Below are positions 8,589 through 18,658 of a stretch of DNA of 64,000 bases, piece after piece. Origin of the DNA: Pseudomonadota bacterium (GTDB lineage: Bacteria > Pseudomonadota > Gammaproteobacteria > Acidiferrobacterales > UBA6901); NCBI GenBank assembly GCA_021785515.1, contig JAJYEX010000001.1:719640-783639 (forward strand). The letters run 5' to 3'. Both the position numbers and the translations under genes were made by a program. The notes under the pieces are model-generated. The model had not been told where the DNA came from and did no database searches. It was given only the letters and a program-made list of their open reading frames with translations. Each line of letters starts with the position of its first letter. Within the stretch, counting starts at the first letter, position 1.

Positions 8589-9572
8589 ATGAACAACACT
8601 CACCCCTACGACCGGCTAACACCGGAAATCATTCTGGACGCGGTCGATCGCCTGCCGGCACGATGCACCGGCGGCCTGCTTGCTCTGAACAGCTATGAAA
8701 ACCGCGTCTACCGCGTCGACACTGAGGGACGGGGAATGCTTGCCGTCAAATTCTACCGCCCCGACCGCTGGAATGACGCGCAAATTGTGGAGGAACACGC
8801 TTTTACCCGCGAACTTGCCGAACAAGAAATTCCCGTGGTCGCGCCGCTTACCGGTCCGGATGGCTCAACCATTCAGCGACACGGCGGCTTCCGCTATGCC
8901 GTGTTTCCATGGCAACCGGGGCGCGCATCCGAACTCGGCACAACCGCGGAGCGACACACGCTCGGCCGCTTCCTCGGCCGGCTTCATCGGGTGGGCGCGA
9001 GCGCACGATTTCACAGCCGGCCGGCTTTGAACATCGAGACCTTCGGCCTGGAACCGGTCCGTTACCTGCTCGACCACGGGTTTCTGCCGGACTACCTGAT
9101 GGACGCCTACCGTTCGCTCACATCGGAACTGCTTGGGCGCATATCGGGAATCCTGGATGGGGTATCGGCACGCACGCTGCGGCTGCACGGGGACTGCCAT
9201 CTCGGCAATCTGCTCTGGACGGATACCGCCCCTCACATTGTTGATTTTGATGACGCACGCACAGGACCGGCAATCCAGGATCTGTGGATGCTGCTGTCCG
9301 GGAACCGCGACGCGATGCAGCGCCAGCTTGGCGATGTACTGGAGGGGTACTCCGTTTTCATGGAGTTCGACCCGGGCGAGCTTGCCCTGATCGAACCCCT
9401 GCGAACCCTGCGGCTTATTCACTACAGCGCCTGGATTGCACGCCGGTGGGAGGATCCTGCATTTCCGCGCAGCTTCCCGTGGTTTAACACCACCCGCTAC
9501 TGGGAAGAGCACGTGCTCGCGCTGCGGGAGCAGCGGGCTCTAGTGGACGAGGCACCGTTATCCTGGATCTAG
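8589..9572 (+). CDS. srkA: Stress response kinase A (YihE/RdoA family Ser/Thr kinase)
   Basis: 327 aa. LALNSYENRVYRV..., AVKFYRPDRW, catalytic HGDCHLGNLLW, IVDFDDARTGPAIQDLWML. Confidence 0.88.
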   Translation: MNNTHPYDRLTPEIILDAVDRLPARCTGGLLALNSYENRVYRVDTEGRGMLAVKFYRPDRWNDAQIVEEHAFTRELAEQEIPVVAPLTGPDGSTIQRHGGFRYAVFPWQPGRASELGTTAERHTLGRFLGRLHRVGASARFHSRPALNIETFGLEPVRYLLDHGFLPDYLMDAYRSLTSELLGRISGILDGVSARTLRLHGDCHLGNLLWTDTAPHIVDFDDARTGPAIQDLWMLLSGNRDAMQRQLGDVLEGYSVFMEFDPGELALIEPLRTLRLIHYSAWIARRWEDPAFPRSFPWFNTTRYWEEHVLALREQRALVDEAPLSWI

Positions 9573-9670
9573 GCGGGTAGTGGCGCAATGCCCTTATGCC
9601 CATTTCCGGTAGGCCGCAGACATCAACCGCGGACATCGAAGAGCGACGCTGGATGCGACTGCCTACTGGT

Positions 9671-10087
9671 TCATGAGGAGTGGCGTTCTGACGCACCCTG
9701 CGCAAAAGCATTAAGGACCGCTACAACCTCCCGCGGATAGCGCTGCGACAGCTTGAGCGTCAGAACGGCCAAATCGCTGCGTGCAGATTGCAGCCGCAGC
9801 ATTCCGTGTTCCGTAAGACGGACGTGAAACGAGCGCCGGTCCGAGGGGTGTTGGTCAGCCACAAAGCTTCCTGAACGTATCAGTTCATTGATCATCACGC
9901 TCGCGGTTGCCCGGGTGATGTGCAAAGCGGTGCCCACCTCGGTTACCGTGGCCTGACCGCTGCGCGCCACCAAGTCAAGCAGGCGGAATTGCGGAATCCG
10001 CAGGCCGGAATACATCAAGGCGACGTTGGCATTGCGCTCGAGCACCTGCATCGCCTGGATCAGGCCTAGCAAATCCAGCTGTTCCAT
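9671..10087 (-). CDS. MarR family transcriptional regulator
   Basis: 138 aa. Winged-helix core: LRIPQFRLLDLVARSGQATVTEVGTALHITRATASVMINELIRSG...DRRSFHVRLTEHG. Confidence 0.88.
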   Translation of the reverse strand: MEQLDLLGLIQAMQVLERNANVALMYSGLRIPQFRLLDLVARSGQATVTEVGTALHITRATASVMINELIRSGSFVADQHPSDRRSFHVRLTEHGMLRLQSARSDLAVLTLKLSQRYPREVVAVLNAFAQGASERHSS

Positions 10088-10102
10088 GCCTCACCGATAT
10101 TA

Positions 10103-10125
10103 TTGTTTGTCAGCCAAACTAACAA
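10103..10125. promoter_or_regulatory. Candidate MarR operator (imperfect inverted repeat) in the divergent intergenic region
   Basis: TTGTTTGT-N7-ACTAACAA: the arms are 7/8 complementary. It lies 16 nt from the marR start codon, between the divergent marR and dsrE-like genes. Confidence 0.35.
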
Positions 10126-10256
10126 AAAATTCTGATTGGCGGCGTTCATCGCGCGCGCGTTTAATAATTCGCGATGCACGGATGACTATAGGTGATGATC
10201 TTTCGTGGATCAATCGTGCAGAACCGAAAATGCAACTTGGACATTGAGGAGGCAGC

Positions 10257-10826
10257 ATGTCAACAGTCGCCGAACGGCTTAACCTTCCCGCTACCGATAT
10301 TGCGACGCGCGTGAGCGCATTGGAAAATGGGTTTTCGGCTATACGGGAACGAGTGCCGGAAAACAAGGTTTCGATCATTCTGCTCTCGGGCGATTTTGAT
10401 AAGGCCATGGCGGCGTTCATGATGGCGACCGGCGCGGTCGGCATGGGCATGGAAGTCACCATGTTCTTTACCTTCTGGGGCTGCAGCGCCATCAAGAAGG
10501 GTCGCAAGCTGCGCGGCAAGAAATTCACCCATAAGCTCATCAACCTCATGTTGCCGGCCAGCAGCAAGCAGCTCGCGCCATCGAAAATGGCGTTCGCTGG
10601 AATCGGCCGCCGCTTCTTCAACTATGTCATGAAGGGCCAAATGGCGCCGTTAGACGAGCTTATTCAGGTCGCGGTGGAGTCCGGCGTGCACTTTCAAGTA
10701 TGCGCACCGTCACTCGCGATGATGGGCTTTGATGCCGATGAGTGGGTCGTTCCGGTCGACGTCTGCGGCGTGGCGGGCATGTACGAAACTGCACTCAGGG
10801 CACGCACGGCCTATTTCGTTTCCTGA
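10257..10826 (+). CDS. DsrE/DsrF/DrsH-like (DrsE_2, COG2210-type) sulfur-carrier-like protein
   Basis: 189 aa. KVSIILLSGDFDKAMAAFMMATGAVGMGMEVTMFFTFWGC... and a second conserved Cys context VHFQVCAPSLAMMGF. SD GAGGAGG lies upstream of the ATG. Confidence 0.7.
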   Translation: MSTVAERLNLPATDIATRVSALENGFSAIRERVPENKVSIILLSGDFDKAMAAFMMATGAVGMGMEVTMFFTFWGCSAIKKGRKLRGKKFTHKLINLMLPASSKQLAPSKMAFAGIGRRFFNYVMKGQMAPLDELIQVAVESGVHFQVCAPSLAMMGFDADEWVVPVDVCGVAGMYETALRARTAYFVS

Positions 10827-11058
10827 ACCTGTCTACGTGCCGAAATCCGGCCACGCACTCGCGAGTCGCCTGCAAGAAATCGAGGCTTGCCTCGGCGATG
10901 GGGTGCAAGGCAGTGCTCGGGTTTGCCGGAAGAACGGCGCTGCCTAATCGCGTTTCAGCGGCTTCGCAGGCGCAGGCTGGATCGGAGTCCGGGCGGATGG
11001 ACTACTTCGCCGCCCGTTATGTCCGACTCCATGGACAACTCGTCCCAAAAACCGACGC

Positions 11059-11931
11059 CTAGGAGCCGGGCCGCAGAGCTTTCAGCACGATCTGGGTGTC
11101 TGGACGTTTTCCGTGCCAGAAACAATAGGATTCGGCCGCCTGCTCCACAAGCATACCTAGTCCATCGGAGATAATCGCTGCGCCGTCCCGGGCTGCGTAA
11201 TCCATGAACGGCGTCGGGCGATCCCCATACATCATGTCGTAGGCAAGTGCGCCGGTTGCAAAGAGTCCACGGGGAAGCGGCGGCGCCTCTCCCTTCAGGC
11301 CTGCGCTGGTACCGTTGATCACGACGTCGAAATGCTGCCCCGCGAGGTCCTGAAAACCGCTAGCCCTCATCGCCGACAGTCCACCGGGTCTTACCAGCTC
11401 CTGCGCCCGGGAAATCGTGCGATTGGCAATCACAACCGCCTCCGGTACGCACTCCAGCAGCTGAGCCAGCACCCCGCGCACAGCCCCGCCCGCGCCTAGC
11501 AACAGCACGCTTTTGCCGGACAGGAGCGGCCCGCCGCGAGCGCGCCATCCGACACCGAGAAGACGGGCCAGGTCGCGCACCAGACCGAGTCCATCCGTAT
11601 TGTGGGCTTCGATCGTCCCGTCATTGGTGAAGCGAAGCGTATTTGCTGCCTGTGCCTGTTTTGCCAGATCGGTGCATACATCAGCCAGACGGAACGCTTC
11701 CAGCTTGAATGGCACTGTGACGTTCAGTCCCTGACCGCCTGTGGAACGAAACCGCCGTACGGCCTCCGCAAAACCATCGAGATCCACCTCGATCGCCGTG
11801 TAGTCGATGTGGTCACCGAACTGCCGGGCGAACAGCCGGTGGATGGCCGGAGATCTGCTGTGACTGACGGGATTACCCATCACCGCATAGCGTTCTGGCA
11901 AATCAGGAAGAGGTGTCCGTTCGTCGCGCAT
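11059..11931 (-). CDS. aroE: Shikimate dehydrogenase
   Basis: 290 aa. YAVMGNPVSHSRSPAIHRLFARQFG, LNVTVPFK, NTDG.G, LLLGAGGAVRGV. Confidence 0.92.
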   Translation of the reverse strand: MRDERTPLPDLPERYAVMGNPVSHSRSPAIHRLFARQFGDHIDYTAIEVDLDGFAEAVRRFRSTGGQGLNVTVPFKLEAFRLADVCTDLAKQAQAANTLRFTNDGTIEAHNTDGLGLVRDLARLLGVGWRARGGPLLSGKSVLLLGAGGAVRGVLAQLLECVPEAVVIANRTISRAQELVRPGGLSAMRASGFQDLAGQHFDVVINGTSAGLKGEAPPLPRGLFATGALAYDMMYGDRPTPFMDYAARDGAAIISDGLGMLVEQAAESYCFWHGKRPDTQIVLKALRPGS

Positions 11932-12083
11932 GATCTGTCCGGTCGTCGTCGCATCGCGGGACGGCCATATTAGTTGTTTCAGACAGCCCCTGAAGGGCGC
12001 TGCATTCTGCCTAGTCCCTGACCACGAAACGCGGGAAACCGTGCCGCGGCCTCACCGACCCGCATCGCCACCTGGTGTCCTCC

Positions 12084-12749
12084 TCATGAGCCGGTATCCG
12101 GGGGAACGCGTGGGGCGAGAGCAGACTGCAGGCTGGCGCGCAGATCCCCAAGCCGCTGATGAAAAAAGTGCCCTGCGCCCCGTATGATGATGAGCGTCGG
12201 CGGCACATCCAGACTCCGGATCCAATCCCGCACCCCGGCTACGGGAACCACCTCGTCCTCATCGCCATGCAGCACAACGGCCGCCGGACCCGGCGCGGGC
12301 AGGGCGCTGAAATCGTACAGGTTGACCGGGGGGGCCACCAATATCAGACGGGCTACCGGCCAGCGTGCCGTGGCACGCAATGCCACATAGGCTCCGAATG
12401 AAAAGCCCGCGAACCAGGTCTCGGCGGCAGGACACCGACTCTGCGCCCAGTCGGCAATGCCCACCAGATCGTCGGACTCCCCCGTGCCGTGGTCATAACG
12501 TCCGGCACTTCCCCCGACCCCGCGAAAGTTGAAACGCAGAGTGCACGCCCCTTGTTCCGCCAGGCCGCGCGCAAGCGTATGGACAACCTTGTTTTGCATG
12601 CTGCCGCCATACAGTGGATGGGGATGGCAGATGACGGCCTGGATCGGCTTTTCCGGTTCCACCTCTGGACAGCCGATCAGCGCTTCGAGCGGACCCACTC
12701 GACCGGGAATAGTAACCGGACCGGGTTGGCAGGGGCACGCCTGACTCAT
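12084..12749 (-). CDS. Alpha/beta hydrolase (COG2945-like)
   Basis: 221 aa. CHPHPLYGGSMQNKVV..., FNFRGVGGSAGRYDHGTGE, nucleophile elbow AGFSFGAYVA. Confidence 0.8.
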   Translation of the reverse strand: MSQACPCQPGPVTIPGRVGPLEALIGCPEVEPEKPIQAVICHPHPLYGGSMQNKVVHTLARGLAEQGACTLRFNFRGVGGSAGRYDHGTGESDDLVGIADWAQSRCPAAETWFAGFSFGAYVALRATARWPVARLILVAPPVNLYDFSALPAPGPAAVVLHGDEDEVVPVAGVRDWIRSLDVPPTLIIIRGAGHFFHQRLGDLRASLQSALAPRVPPDTGS

Positions 12750-12876
12750 ATCGACGGGCTCCGGTCATCGAGAATGCCTGATCGGGTCATCCTGCGAACC
12801 GTCTTGAACTGACCCTCGGTGTCCGGCCTTGCCGTCCCTCGACTGTCGATGCCATTCCCGATACCGATCCGTCGCA

Positions 12877-14364
12877 TCATTTCCGGCCGCCGGGGACAAG
12901 CACAATACCAAGCTCGTCCCATATTCGGTCGATGCGCTCCTTTACTGACGGATCCATGGAAATGGGACGACCCCATACGCGCGACGTCTCCGATGGCCAT
13001 TTGTTGGTGGCATCCAGACCCATCTTGGCGCCTAGACCGGCCGTGGGGCTGGCGAAATCCAGATAGTCTATCGGCGTGTTTTCCACGACGACAGCGTCGC
13101 GTGCCGGGTCGACGCGTGTGGTAACAGCCCAGATCACGTCCTTCCAGTCGCGCACATTGATGTCGTCGTCAGTAACGATAACGAACTTTGTGTACATGAA
13201 CTGCCGCAGGAATGACCAGACACCGAACAGAATGCGTTTGGCGTGGCCGGCATACTGCTTGCGGATGCTGACCACCGCCAGGCGGTAGGAACAGCCCTCC
13301 GGCGGCAAATAGAAATCGACTATCTCGGGAAACTGCTTCTGCAGCAGAGGCACGAACACCTCATTGAGCGCTACTCCGAGCATGGATGGCTCGTCAGGTG
13401 GCCGGCCGGTATAGGTGCTGTGGTATATCGGATCGCTTCGGTGCGTGATGCGTTCAATGGTAAAGACCGGGAATCGCTCAACCTCGTTGTAGTACCCGGT
13501 ATGGTCTCCGAATGGCCCTTCTTCCGCCTGTTCCTGCGGGTCTATGAATCCTTCCAGCACGAACTCCGCAGTGGCCGGAACCTGCAGGTCGTTCGTCAAG
13601 CACTTCACCACATCGGTTTTCGCACCGCGCAGGAGGCCGGCAAACTGGTACTCGGAGAGGGTGTCAGGCACCGGCGTCACCGCCGCCAAGATCGTTGCTG
13701 GATCGGCGCCCAGCACCACCGCTACCGGGAAGCGTTCGCCGGGTCGAGCGCGGCACCAGTCAACGAAATCCAGAGCCCCGCCCCGATGAGCCAACCAGCG
13801 CATAATCACCTTGTTGCGCGCGATCACCTGTTGTCTATAAACCCCCAGGTTCTGTCGATCCTTGTTCGGTCCGCGGGTCACGGTGAGTCCCCAGGTAATC
13901 AGCGGGCCGGCATCCTGTGGCCAGCAGGTCTGCACCGGAAGCCGCGCCAGATCGACGTCATTTGACTCGATCACACGCTCCTGGCAGAGACCACGCCGCA
14001 CTACGTGCGCCGGCATGTTGAGCACCTGCTTGAAGCTCGGCAGCTTTTCCCACAGATCGCGGAAACCTTTCGGGGGATCCGGCTCCTTGAGAAAGGCAAG
14101 CAACCGGCCCACGTCGCGCAGCGCCGAGACCGATTCCGCTCCCATGGCCATGGCCACCCGCTCCGGGGTACCGAAGAGATTGGCCAGCACCGGCGTCGTG
14201 TGGCCTCTGGGGCGATCAAACAGCAGCGCGGGGCCACCAGCCCGAAGAACCCGGTCGCAGATCTCCGTCATCTCCAGATGCGGGTCGATTTCGACCCCGA
14301 TGCGCTTCAATTCGCCGCGGTCTTCCAGCTGCGTGATAAAATGGCGCAGGTCTCGATAGATCAA
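12877..14364 (-). CDS. ubiD: 4-hydroxy-3-polyprenylbenzoate decarboxylase (UbiD)
   Basis: UbiD-like throughout ([20 protein letters not shown]...). I place the start at TTG 14364 (GGTGAG upstream), giving 495 aa like E. coli UbiD. The ORF-track start at 14526 would overlap the gst gene by 115 nt. Confidence 0.9.
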   Translation of the reverse strand: MIYRDLRHFITQLEDRGELKRIGVEIDPHLEMTEICDRVLRAGGPALLFDRPRGHTTPVLANLFGTPERVAMAMGAESVSALRDVGRLLAFLKEPDPPKGFRDLWEKLPSFKQVLNMPAHVVRRGLCQERVIESNDVDLARLPVQTCWPQDAGPLITWGLTVTRGPNKDRQNLGVYRQQVIARNKVIMRWLAHRGGALDFVDWCRARPGERFPVAVVLGADPATILAAVTPVPDTLSEYQFAGLLRGAKTDVVKCLTNDLQVPATAEFVLEGFIDPQEQAEEGPFGDHTGYYNEVERFPVFTIERITHRSDPIYHSTYTGRPPDEPSMLGVALNEVFVPLLQKQFPEIVDFYLPPEGCSYRLAVVSIRKQYAGHAKRILFGVWSFLRQFMYTKFVIVTDDDINVRDWKDVIWAVTTRVDPARDAVVVENTPIDYLDFASPTAGLGAKMGLDATNKWPSETSRVWGRPISMDPSVKERIDRIWDELGIVLVPGGRK

Positions 14365-14411
14365 GTCTGCCGTCTCACCACCGGGGTTTATATTGCCGGC
14401 CGGCGCTGCAG

Positions 14412-15041
14412 CTAGTGCGGAGCATCGAGCGAACGCTCCATGCCGGGCGGTGTGGTCTCCGCGAAGGAACCGCGGGTACTGATACCCGCCAGCCAGTGAG
14501 CCAGGCGTGGATGCCGATCGCGCCAATCGTGGGGAAAGCGAAAATCGACATACTCAAGCGCCACGCCCAGCGCTAGGTCCGCGACGCTGAAACGGTCACC
14601 TACCAGATAGGCGGGTCCTTTTCTGGCACTATCGGCAAATTTCAGGGCAGAAATGATCTTGGCTTCCTGGTGCGTCACGACCTCCGGCGACTGTTTGTCC
14701 GCAGCCCTGCGCACCTCCAGCAACCGTATCACGACCGCGTCCAGAATGCCCTGCGCCAGTGCGTGCCAGCGCAACACCTGCCAGCGCATCTCGCCATCAC
14801 GGGGAATCAGGGGTTGCCCCGCGAGACTGTCCAGGTATTCAAGTATCAGCGGAGAATCGAACAGTACCTCATTGTCGTCGCGCACCAGCACCGGCACCTT
14901 GCCCAGAGGGTTAAGTGCTGCCACATGTCCTGCGGGATCTGACGGGCCCTCCACGACAAAATCGCAGGCTATCCCTTTTTCCTTCACCAACACGCGGACC
15001 TTGCGCACATAGGGGGACGTGAGCGAACCGTATAGTTTCAT
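14412..15041 (-). CDS. Glutathione S-transferase family protein
   Basis: 209 aa. [24 protein letters not shown]...[11 protein letters not shown]...[12 protein letters not shown] (GST N-terminal thioredoxin-like domain). GAGGA lies in the 9-nt gap after the ubiA stop. Confidence 0.88.
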   Translation of the reverse strand: MKLYGSLTSPYVRKVRVLVKEKGIACDFVVEGPSDPAGHVAALNPLGKVPVLVRDDNEVLFDSPLILEYLDSLAGQPLIPRDGEMRWQVLRWHALAQGILDAVVIRLLEVRRAADKQSPEVVTHQEAKIISALKFADSARKGPAYLVGDRFSVADLALGVALEYVDFRFPHDWRDRHPRLAHWLAGISTRGSFAETTPPGMERSLDAPH

Positions 15042-15050
15042 TGAATCCTC

Positions 15051-15923
15051 CTACCGGTAATAACTGAGAAGCATACCAATGTAGACCGCTGCCCCAAAAT
15101 AGTTGTTGTTCATGAATGCACGAAAACACCGGTCCCGGCCGCGCGACCAAATGAGCGTCTGCTGATAGATCGCAAACAGGCCGGCCACCGCAAGCCCGGC
15201 ATAATACCGCAAACCCAGGCCACCGAGGATTCCAGCCCAGGCGAGGAAACCGACTGTCAACACGTGACATGTCGCCACCAATGCCCGATCCCAGCGCCCG
15301 AACAGGATGGCCGTAGACTTCACGCCGATCTTCACGTCGTCGTCGCGATCCACCATCGCGTATTCAGTGTCATAGGCAACCGCCCAGAATATGTTGGCGA
15401 TAAGCATGATCCAGGCCGCGGCCGGCACGGCGCCTGTCTCGGCCGCAAATGCCATCGGAATCCCCCAGCCGAAAGCAACACCCAGATAGAATTGCGGGAG
15501 ATGGGTATAACGCTTGGCGAAAGGGTAAGTCGCCGCCAGAAATGCGCCCACAAAGGCCAGCATTACGGTCAAGCCGTTGAGCGTCAGCACCAGGGCCAGA
15601 CTGATTGCGCATAACACTACAAACAGAATGAGTGCCTCGCGCGGCGTAACCCGCCCGGCGGCAAGCGGCCGCTCACGGGTGCGCTTTACATGCGGATCAA
15701 AGTGGCGGTCTGCAAAATCATTGATGACGCAACCCGCCGAGCGCATCATGAATACCCCGGTGACGAACACGATCACAATCGCCAGAGGCGGCCGTCCGGC
15801 ACCGGCATACCACAGGGCCCAGAGCGTCGGCCAGAGCAGCAGCAACGCGCCGATAAGCCGGTGCCAGCGCATGAGCATCGCGTAATCGCGCAGTCGGGCA
15901 CGCAGTTCAGTCACTGCCGGCAC
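15051..15923 (-). CDS. ubiA: 4-hydroxybenzoate polyprenyltransferase (UbiA)
   Basis: NDFADRHFDPHVKRTRERPLAAG and a second Asp-rich motif YDTEYAMVDRDDD. Start refined to GTG 15923 (GGGAG 7 nt upstream), giving 290 aa. The ORF-track start at 16091 looks like an artificial extension. Confidence 0.9.
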   Translation of the reverse strand: MPAVTELRARLRDYAMLMRWHRLIGALLLLWPTLWALWYAGAGRPPLAIVIVFVTGVFMMRSAGCVINDFADRHFDPHVKRTRERPLAAGRVTPREALILFVVLCAISLALVLTLNGLTVMLAFVGAFLAATYPFAKRYTHLPQFYLGVAFGWGIPMAFAAETGAVPAAAWIMLIANIFWAVAYDTEYAMVDRDDDVKIGVKSTAILFGRWDRALVATCHVLTVGFLAWAGILGGLGLRYYAGLAVAGLFAIYQQTLIWSRGRDRCFRAFMNNNYFGAAVYIGMLLSYYR

Positions 15924-16124
15924 CGCTGAACTCCCAAACGACGATATTCGCTTGCCACACGGACCTTGCAGTTGATCATGGCCAGACACACCGACCCCGG
16001 ATAATGTACGGGGGGCGATACCGGCACACCGAGAGCGTGTAGCCGGATCGGGTTCTTCACCGCAGGAAGCGGGAAGGCCCATGGCATACATTATGCCGCC
16101 CGCCCGCGTCCCGGACCAGCTCCT

Positions 16125-18197
16125 CTATACCGCCGCATAGCTGTCTCGGACGCCAAGCCAGCGTTGCACGATGGGCATGACGTGCTGCGGATATCGTTCC
16201 AGCAGGAGAGTGGCAACCTGCTCGACCTGCGGCAGCGCCGACTGGTCCCGGACCAGGTCGGCGATATGGAACTGCTGCTCACCGGCCTGACGCGTGCCGA
16301 GAACCTCGCCCGGTCCGCGCATCTCGAGGTCCTTTCGTGCGATCTCAAACCCGTCGTTGGTGGAGCGCATAGCCGCCAGACGCTCGCGCGCCGCGGCCGA
16401 CAGCGGTGCCCGGTACATCAACACACAGCTGCTGGCGACCGTGCCGCGGCCGACCCGCCCACGCAGCTGGTGCAGCTGCGACAGTCCGAGACGCTCGGCA
16501 TTTTCTATGATCATGAGACTTGCGTTGGGGACGTCCACACCCACCTCGATGACAGTGGTGGCCACGAGCAGGTCGGTTGCCCCGCTCTTGAATTCGTCCA
16601 TGACCTGCTCCTTTTCCGCCGGCTTCATGCGGCCGTGCACCAACCGGATCCTGAGTTCCGGGAGAGCCTGGCGAAGCGCCGTCTCGGTTGCAGTGGCGGT
16701 CTGAAGCTGCAGCGCGTCCGATTCGTCGATGAGCGGGCAGACCCAGTATGCCTGTCTGTGCTCCAGGCAGGCGCTGTGAACACGCCTTACCACTGCGTCG
16801 CGCCGGCTGTCCGGAACCACCACCGTCTCCACCGGATGACGGCCAGCCGGGAGTTCATCGATGACCGACACGTCGAGGTCGGCGTAGACCGACTGTGCCA
16901 GCGTGCGCGGAATGGGAGTGGCAGTCATGATGAGCTGGTGCGGCAGGCGCCCGTCCATCGCACCCTTCTCGCGCAGCATCAGGCGCTGATGCACGCCGAA
17001 CCGGTGCTGCTCGTCAACGACGACCAACCCGAGCCGGCGGAACTCGATGTCCCGCTGGAACAGCGCGTGGGTTCCGACCACCACCGGAGCTTGACCGCTC
17101 GCGACGAGTTCGGCCATGGAGCGGCGGGTTCGTGCGCCGTGCCTGCCAGCCAGCCACGCGACCTCGATTTCCATCGGCGCGAGCCATTCCCGTAGATTGC
17201 GCCAGTGCTGCTCGGCCAGCAGCTCGGTCGGCGCCATGATCGCCACCTGCCAGCCGCCCTCTACGGCATGCAGGGCGGCTGCGGCCGCCACCAAGGTTTT
17301 CCCTGATCCTACATCACCCTGCACCAGCCGCTGCATGGGCTGTGCGCACCGGAGATCATTCGTTATTTCCGCAATCACCCGGTTCTGTGCCGCGGTGAGC
17401 TGGAATGGCAGCCGTGCAAGCAGCGCTTCAAACAGCTTCCCGTCGGCATCGATGAGTGGCGCATCGTGCCGCCGGATCCGCTCCCGCAACTTGCGCAGGC
17501 TCAAACAGTGCGCCAGCAGCTCTTCGAATGCCAGCCGTTGCTGTGCCGGATGCAATCCCTGCATCAACAGACCAACCGCCGCCTGCGGCGGAGGCCGATG
17601 CACATAATCCACTGCCTCCTTGAGCGTAGGCAGTTGCAGCATGGCCAGCGTCTCATCGGGAAGCCATTCCCGTATTGATTGCAGGCGGGTATCCAGTGCC
17701 TCGGCAATAATCCGTCGCAGCGACAGCTGGTGCACGCCCTCCGTAACCGGATACACAGGGGTCAGGCGGCTCTCCGGTTGCGGCAAGGACCCATCCGGCA
17801 GAAGCTCATACTCGGGATGCACGATTTCGAGCCCCGCCGGTCCGCTGCGCACCTCGCCAAAACATCGCAACTGCGCTCCGCGCCGCAGAGAATCGTGCTG
17901 AGCGGACGTGAAATGAAAGAACCTCAGCAGTATGCTGCCACTGCCATCGGCCACGCGGCACAGCAGGTTGCGCCGACCCCGATAGACCACGTCGGCCAGC
18001 TCGATCTTTCCGCAAAACATCGCCTCGCTACCGGCTTGCAGGCTGCCGATCGGCGTCAGCCTGGTGCGATCCTGGTACCGGAACGGGAGATGGAACAGCA
18101 CATCCTGGACCGTACGCAGACCAAGCCGCTCAAGCTTGGCCGCAACCCTGGGACCAACGCCGCGGATCGCGGAGACCGGTTGCTGCTCTATGTCCAT
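16125..18197 (-). CDS. recG: ATP-dependent DNA helicase RecG
   Basis: 690 aa. Walker A GDVGSGKT, DEQH box VVDEQHRFG, QLHQLRGRVGRG. Confidence 0.95.
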   Translation of the reverse strand: MDIEQQPVSAIRGVGPRVAAKLERLGLRTVQDVLFHLPFRYQDRTRLTPIGSLQAGSEAMFCGKIELADVVYRGRRNLLCRVADGSGSILLRFFHFTSAQHDSLRRGAQLRCFGEVRSGPAGLEIVHPEYELLPDGSLPQPESRLTPVYPVTEGVHQLSLRRIIAEALDTRLQSIREWLPDETLAMLQLPTLKEAVDYVHRPPPQAAVGLLMQGLHPAQQRLAFEELLAHCLSLRKLRERIRRHDAPLIDADGKLFEALLARLPFQLTAAQNRVIAEITNDLRCAQPMQRLVQGDVGSGKTLVAAAAALHAVEGGWQVAIMAPTELLAEQHWRNLREWLAPMEIEVAWLAGRHGARTRRSMAELVASGQAPVVVGTHALFQRDIEFRRLGLVVVDEQHRFGVHQRLMLREKGAMDGRLPHQLIMTATPIPRTLAQSVYADLDVSVIDELPAGRHPVETVVVPDSRRDAVVRRVHSACLEHRQAYWVCPLIDESDALQLQTATATETALRQALPELRIRLVHGRMKPAEKEQVMDEFKSGATDLLVATTVIEVGVDVPNASLMIIENAERLGLSQLHQLRGRVGRGTVASSCVLMYRAPLSAAARERLAAMRSTNDGFEIARKDLEMRGPGEVLGTRQAGEQQFHIADLVRDQSALPQVEQVATLLLERYPQHVMPIVQRWLGVRDSYAAV

Positions 18198-18216
18198 CGG
18201 TTGTAAAACGCCCGGG

Positions 18217-18606
18217 CTAGCTGCCCTCGACGATCATAACCGCATCCATTTCCACGGGCGCGCCCCTGGGAAGATCGTCGACGCCGACGACGGCGCGCGC
18301 CGGGTACGGCTTGCGAAAATATTCAGTCATGACCTCATTGACCACCGGAAAATTGGCCAGGTCGGTGAGGTAGACATTAAGCTTCACGATATGCTCAAGT
18401 CCACCACCGGCTGCCTTGGCCACTGCCGCGAGGTTTTCCACCACCCGCACGATCTGCGCACGGATACTTCCGGTCTCAAGCTCTCCACTGCCCGGGTGCA
18501 GGGGGATCTGCCCGGAAAGATAGACCGCTGAACCGGCCCGCACGGCCTGCGAATAGGTTCCGATTGCCTGCGGGGCGTCGGCAGTCTGAATCGTCTCTCT
18601 TTTCAT
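18217..18606 (-). CDS. ridA: RidA (YjgF/TdcF) family reactive-intermediate deaminase
   Basis: 129 aa. [26 protein letters not shown]...[19 protein letters not shown]. Confidence 0.9.
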   Translation of the reverse strand: MKRETIQTADAPQAIGTYSQAVRAGSAVYLSGQIPLHPGSGELETGSIRAQIVRVVENLAAVAKAAGGGLEHIVKLNVYLTDLANFPVVNEVMTEYFRKPYPARAVVGVDDLPRGAPVEMDAVMIVEGS

Positions 18607-18658
18607 TTCCCACCTCTTGTTGACAGTCGCAGCGATCCGCGGAGAGCGGCCGCAACCG

